From NCBI RefSeq assembly GCF_018350175.1, contig NC_058368.1:56546001-56610000 (forward strand): DNA of 64,000 bases. Reading direction: 5' to 3'. This document shows, piece after piece, positions 63,104 through 64,000 of this stretch. The position numbers and the translations under genes were made by a program. Each line of letters starts with the position of its first letter. The stretch's first letter is position 1. This stretch comes from Felis catus. Its lineage: Eukaryota. Under the pieces are notes generated by a model that had not been told where the DNA came from, did no database searches, and was given only the letters and a program-made list of their open reading frames with translations.

Positions 63104-64000
63104 TATTTTTATGTTTTTACTGAATTACCTAAAAGAAAACATGGTTTTCAGTTTTACACGAATTATGTTTCATTGTTGCATATTCTAATTTATATTAAGG
63201 TTTATAATTTCTTTTCAACAGAAATATTGATTTTGGGTTATGTTGATTGGCCAAGTTAATGATAAAAATGGGAAAAAAAGAATTCAAATTATTAAAAATA
63301 TATTATTAATATTATTAAATTTTCACATTTTACTTAGCACTATTTAAGAATAATGTTACTCTCCACACACTTTGATTTATCATTCACCCTTTGTGCTGAA
63401 CATTAATAAGGGATAGCAGAATGGAGTGATACAGGTGGCAAAAAGTGTCAGGAGTATTTCAGTTCTTGTGAAAAGTAATTGTAAGAGAAGTACTTTTAAG
63501 ATTTTAGACAATTAGATTTTGTTCTTCAGTGATCACTCTTTGTCAGTGCCATAAGAAAACCTGTATAGAACAAAATTGATAACCCAGGATTTTCCCCAAT
63601 TCTTCAACCATTTCTTCATGTCAACTCCACATTTCCACAGTCTAAATACTTTAGGGATTAATTTTCTCTTCCAGTTCATAAATCCAAATTAAAGAAGCAT
63701 CCCTTCAGAGGAAAACAGCTCTGTTAGAAATTCCAGCAGCAACTGATTTTATTGTTCATCTATTTGTCATGTGTCCTTTAATAGTTAGAAAGAAGAACTT
63801 GTGATGGGTCAGTAAGAGTTATATTGCTGTAATTGATTTATTACATTGTTATTACCTTGTTTCAATAAGTGCCCTTCTCTAATTGCCATAAACAGCATTC
63901 ATTACTATTAATTTGAGATTATTCTTGGGTTCATGTGAATTATTGAAAGAGATCTGGGTGTAGGGTTAAGAACACATAAAGCACTCTATTCTCAGATCTT

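Noticed and set aside
1..64000. L1/LTR strand bias that would reveal a host-gene orientation
   Set aside because: Fragments occur about equally on both strands, so no inference is possible.
1..64000. CRISPR array, operon or other prokaryotic system
   Set aside because: The sequence is mammalian and shows no regularly spaced repeat-spacer structure.

Overview
This is AT-rich mammalian DNA, almost certainly from a felid (cat-like): it carries about 29 tRNA-derived Can-SINEs, including the young cat-type subfamily, plus carnivore L1s. I find no credible protein-coding exon, RNA gene or CRISPR array. The longer ORFs in the track are decayed transposon frames (Tigger1 transposase, L1 ORF1/ORF2), SINE read-through or chance ORFs. 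The window reads as intergenic or deep-intronic. Main structures: (1) a nested pile at 0.4-7.9 kb, where Tigger1 carries three SINEs (one inside another) and is interrupted by an older L1, itself interrupted by a 5'-inverted L1, with all three apparently cut by one deletion near 7929; (2) a second, TSD-intact 5'-inverted L1 at 17.5-18.2 kb; (3) an old ERV-L provirus remnant (gag-pol-dUTPase-PPT-LTR16-like) at 26.6-31.4 kb; (4) scattered MLT1/ERVL LTRs, L2, MIR and L1M fragments; (5) a few repeat-free unique stretches (about 22 kb, 34 kb, 37.8 kb, 51 kb) that are the best candidates for regulatory function. I see no evidence for a previously undescribed biological system. Family names come from remembered consensus sequences, not a database search, and the boundaries of old repeats are approximate.
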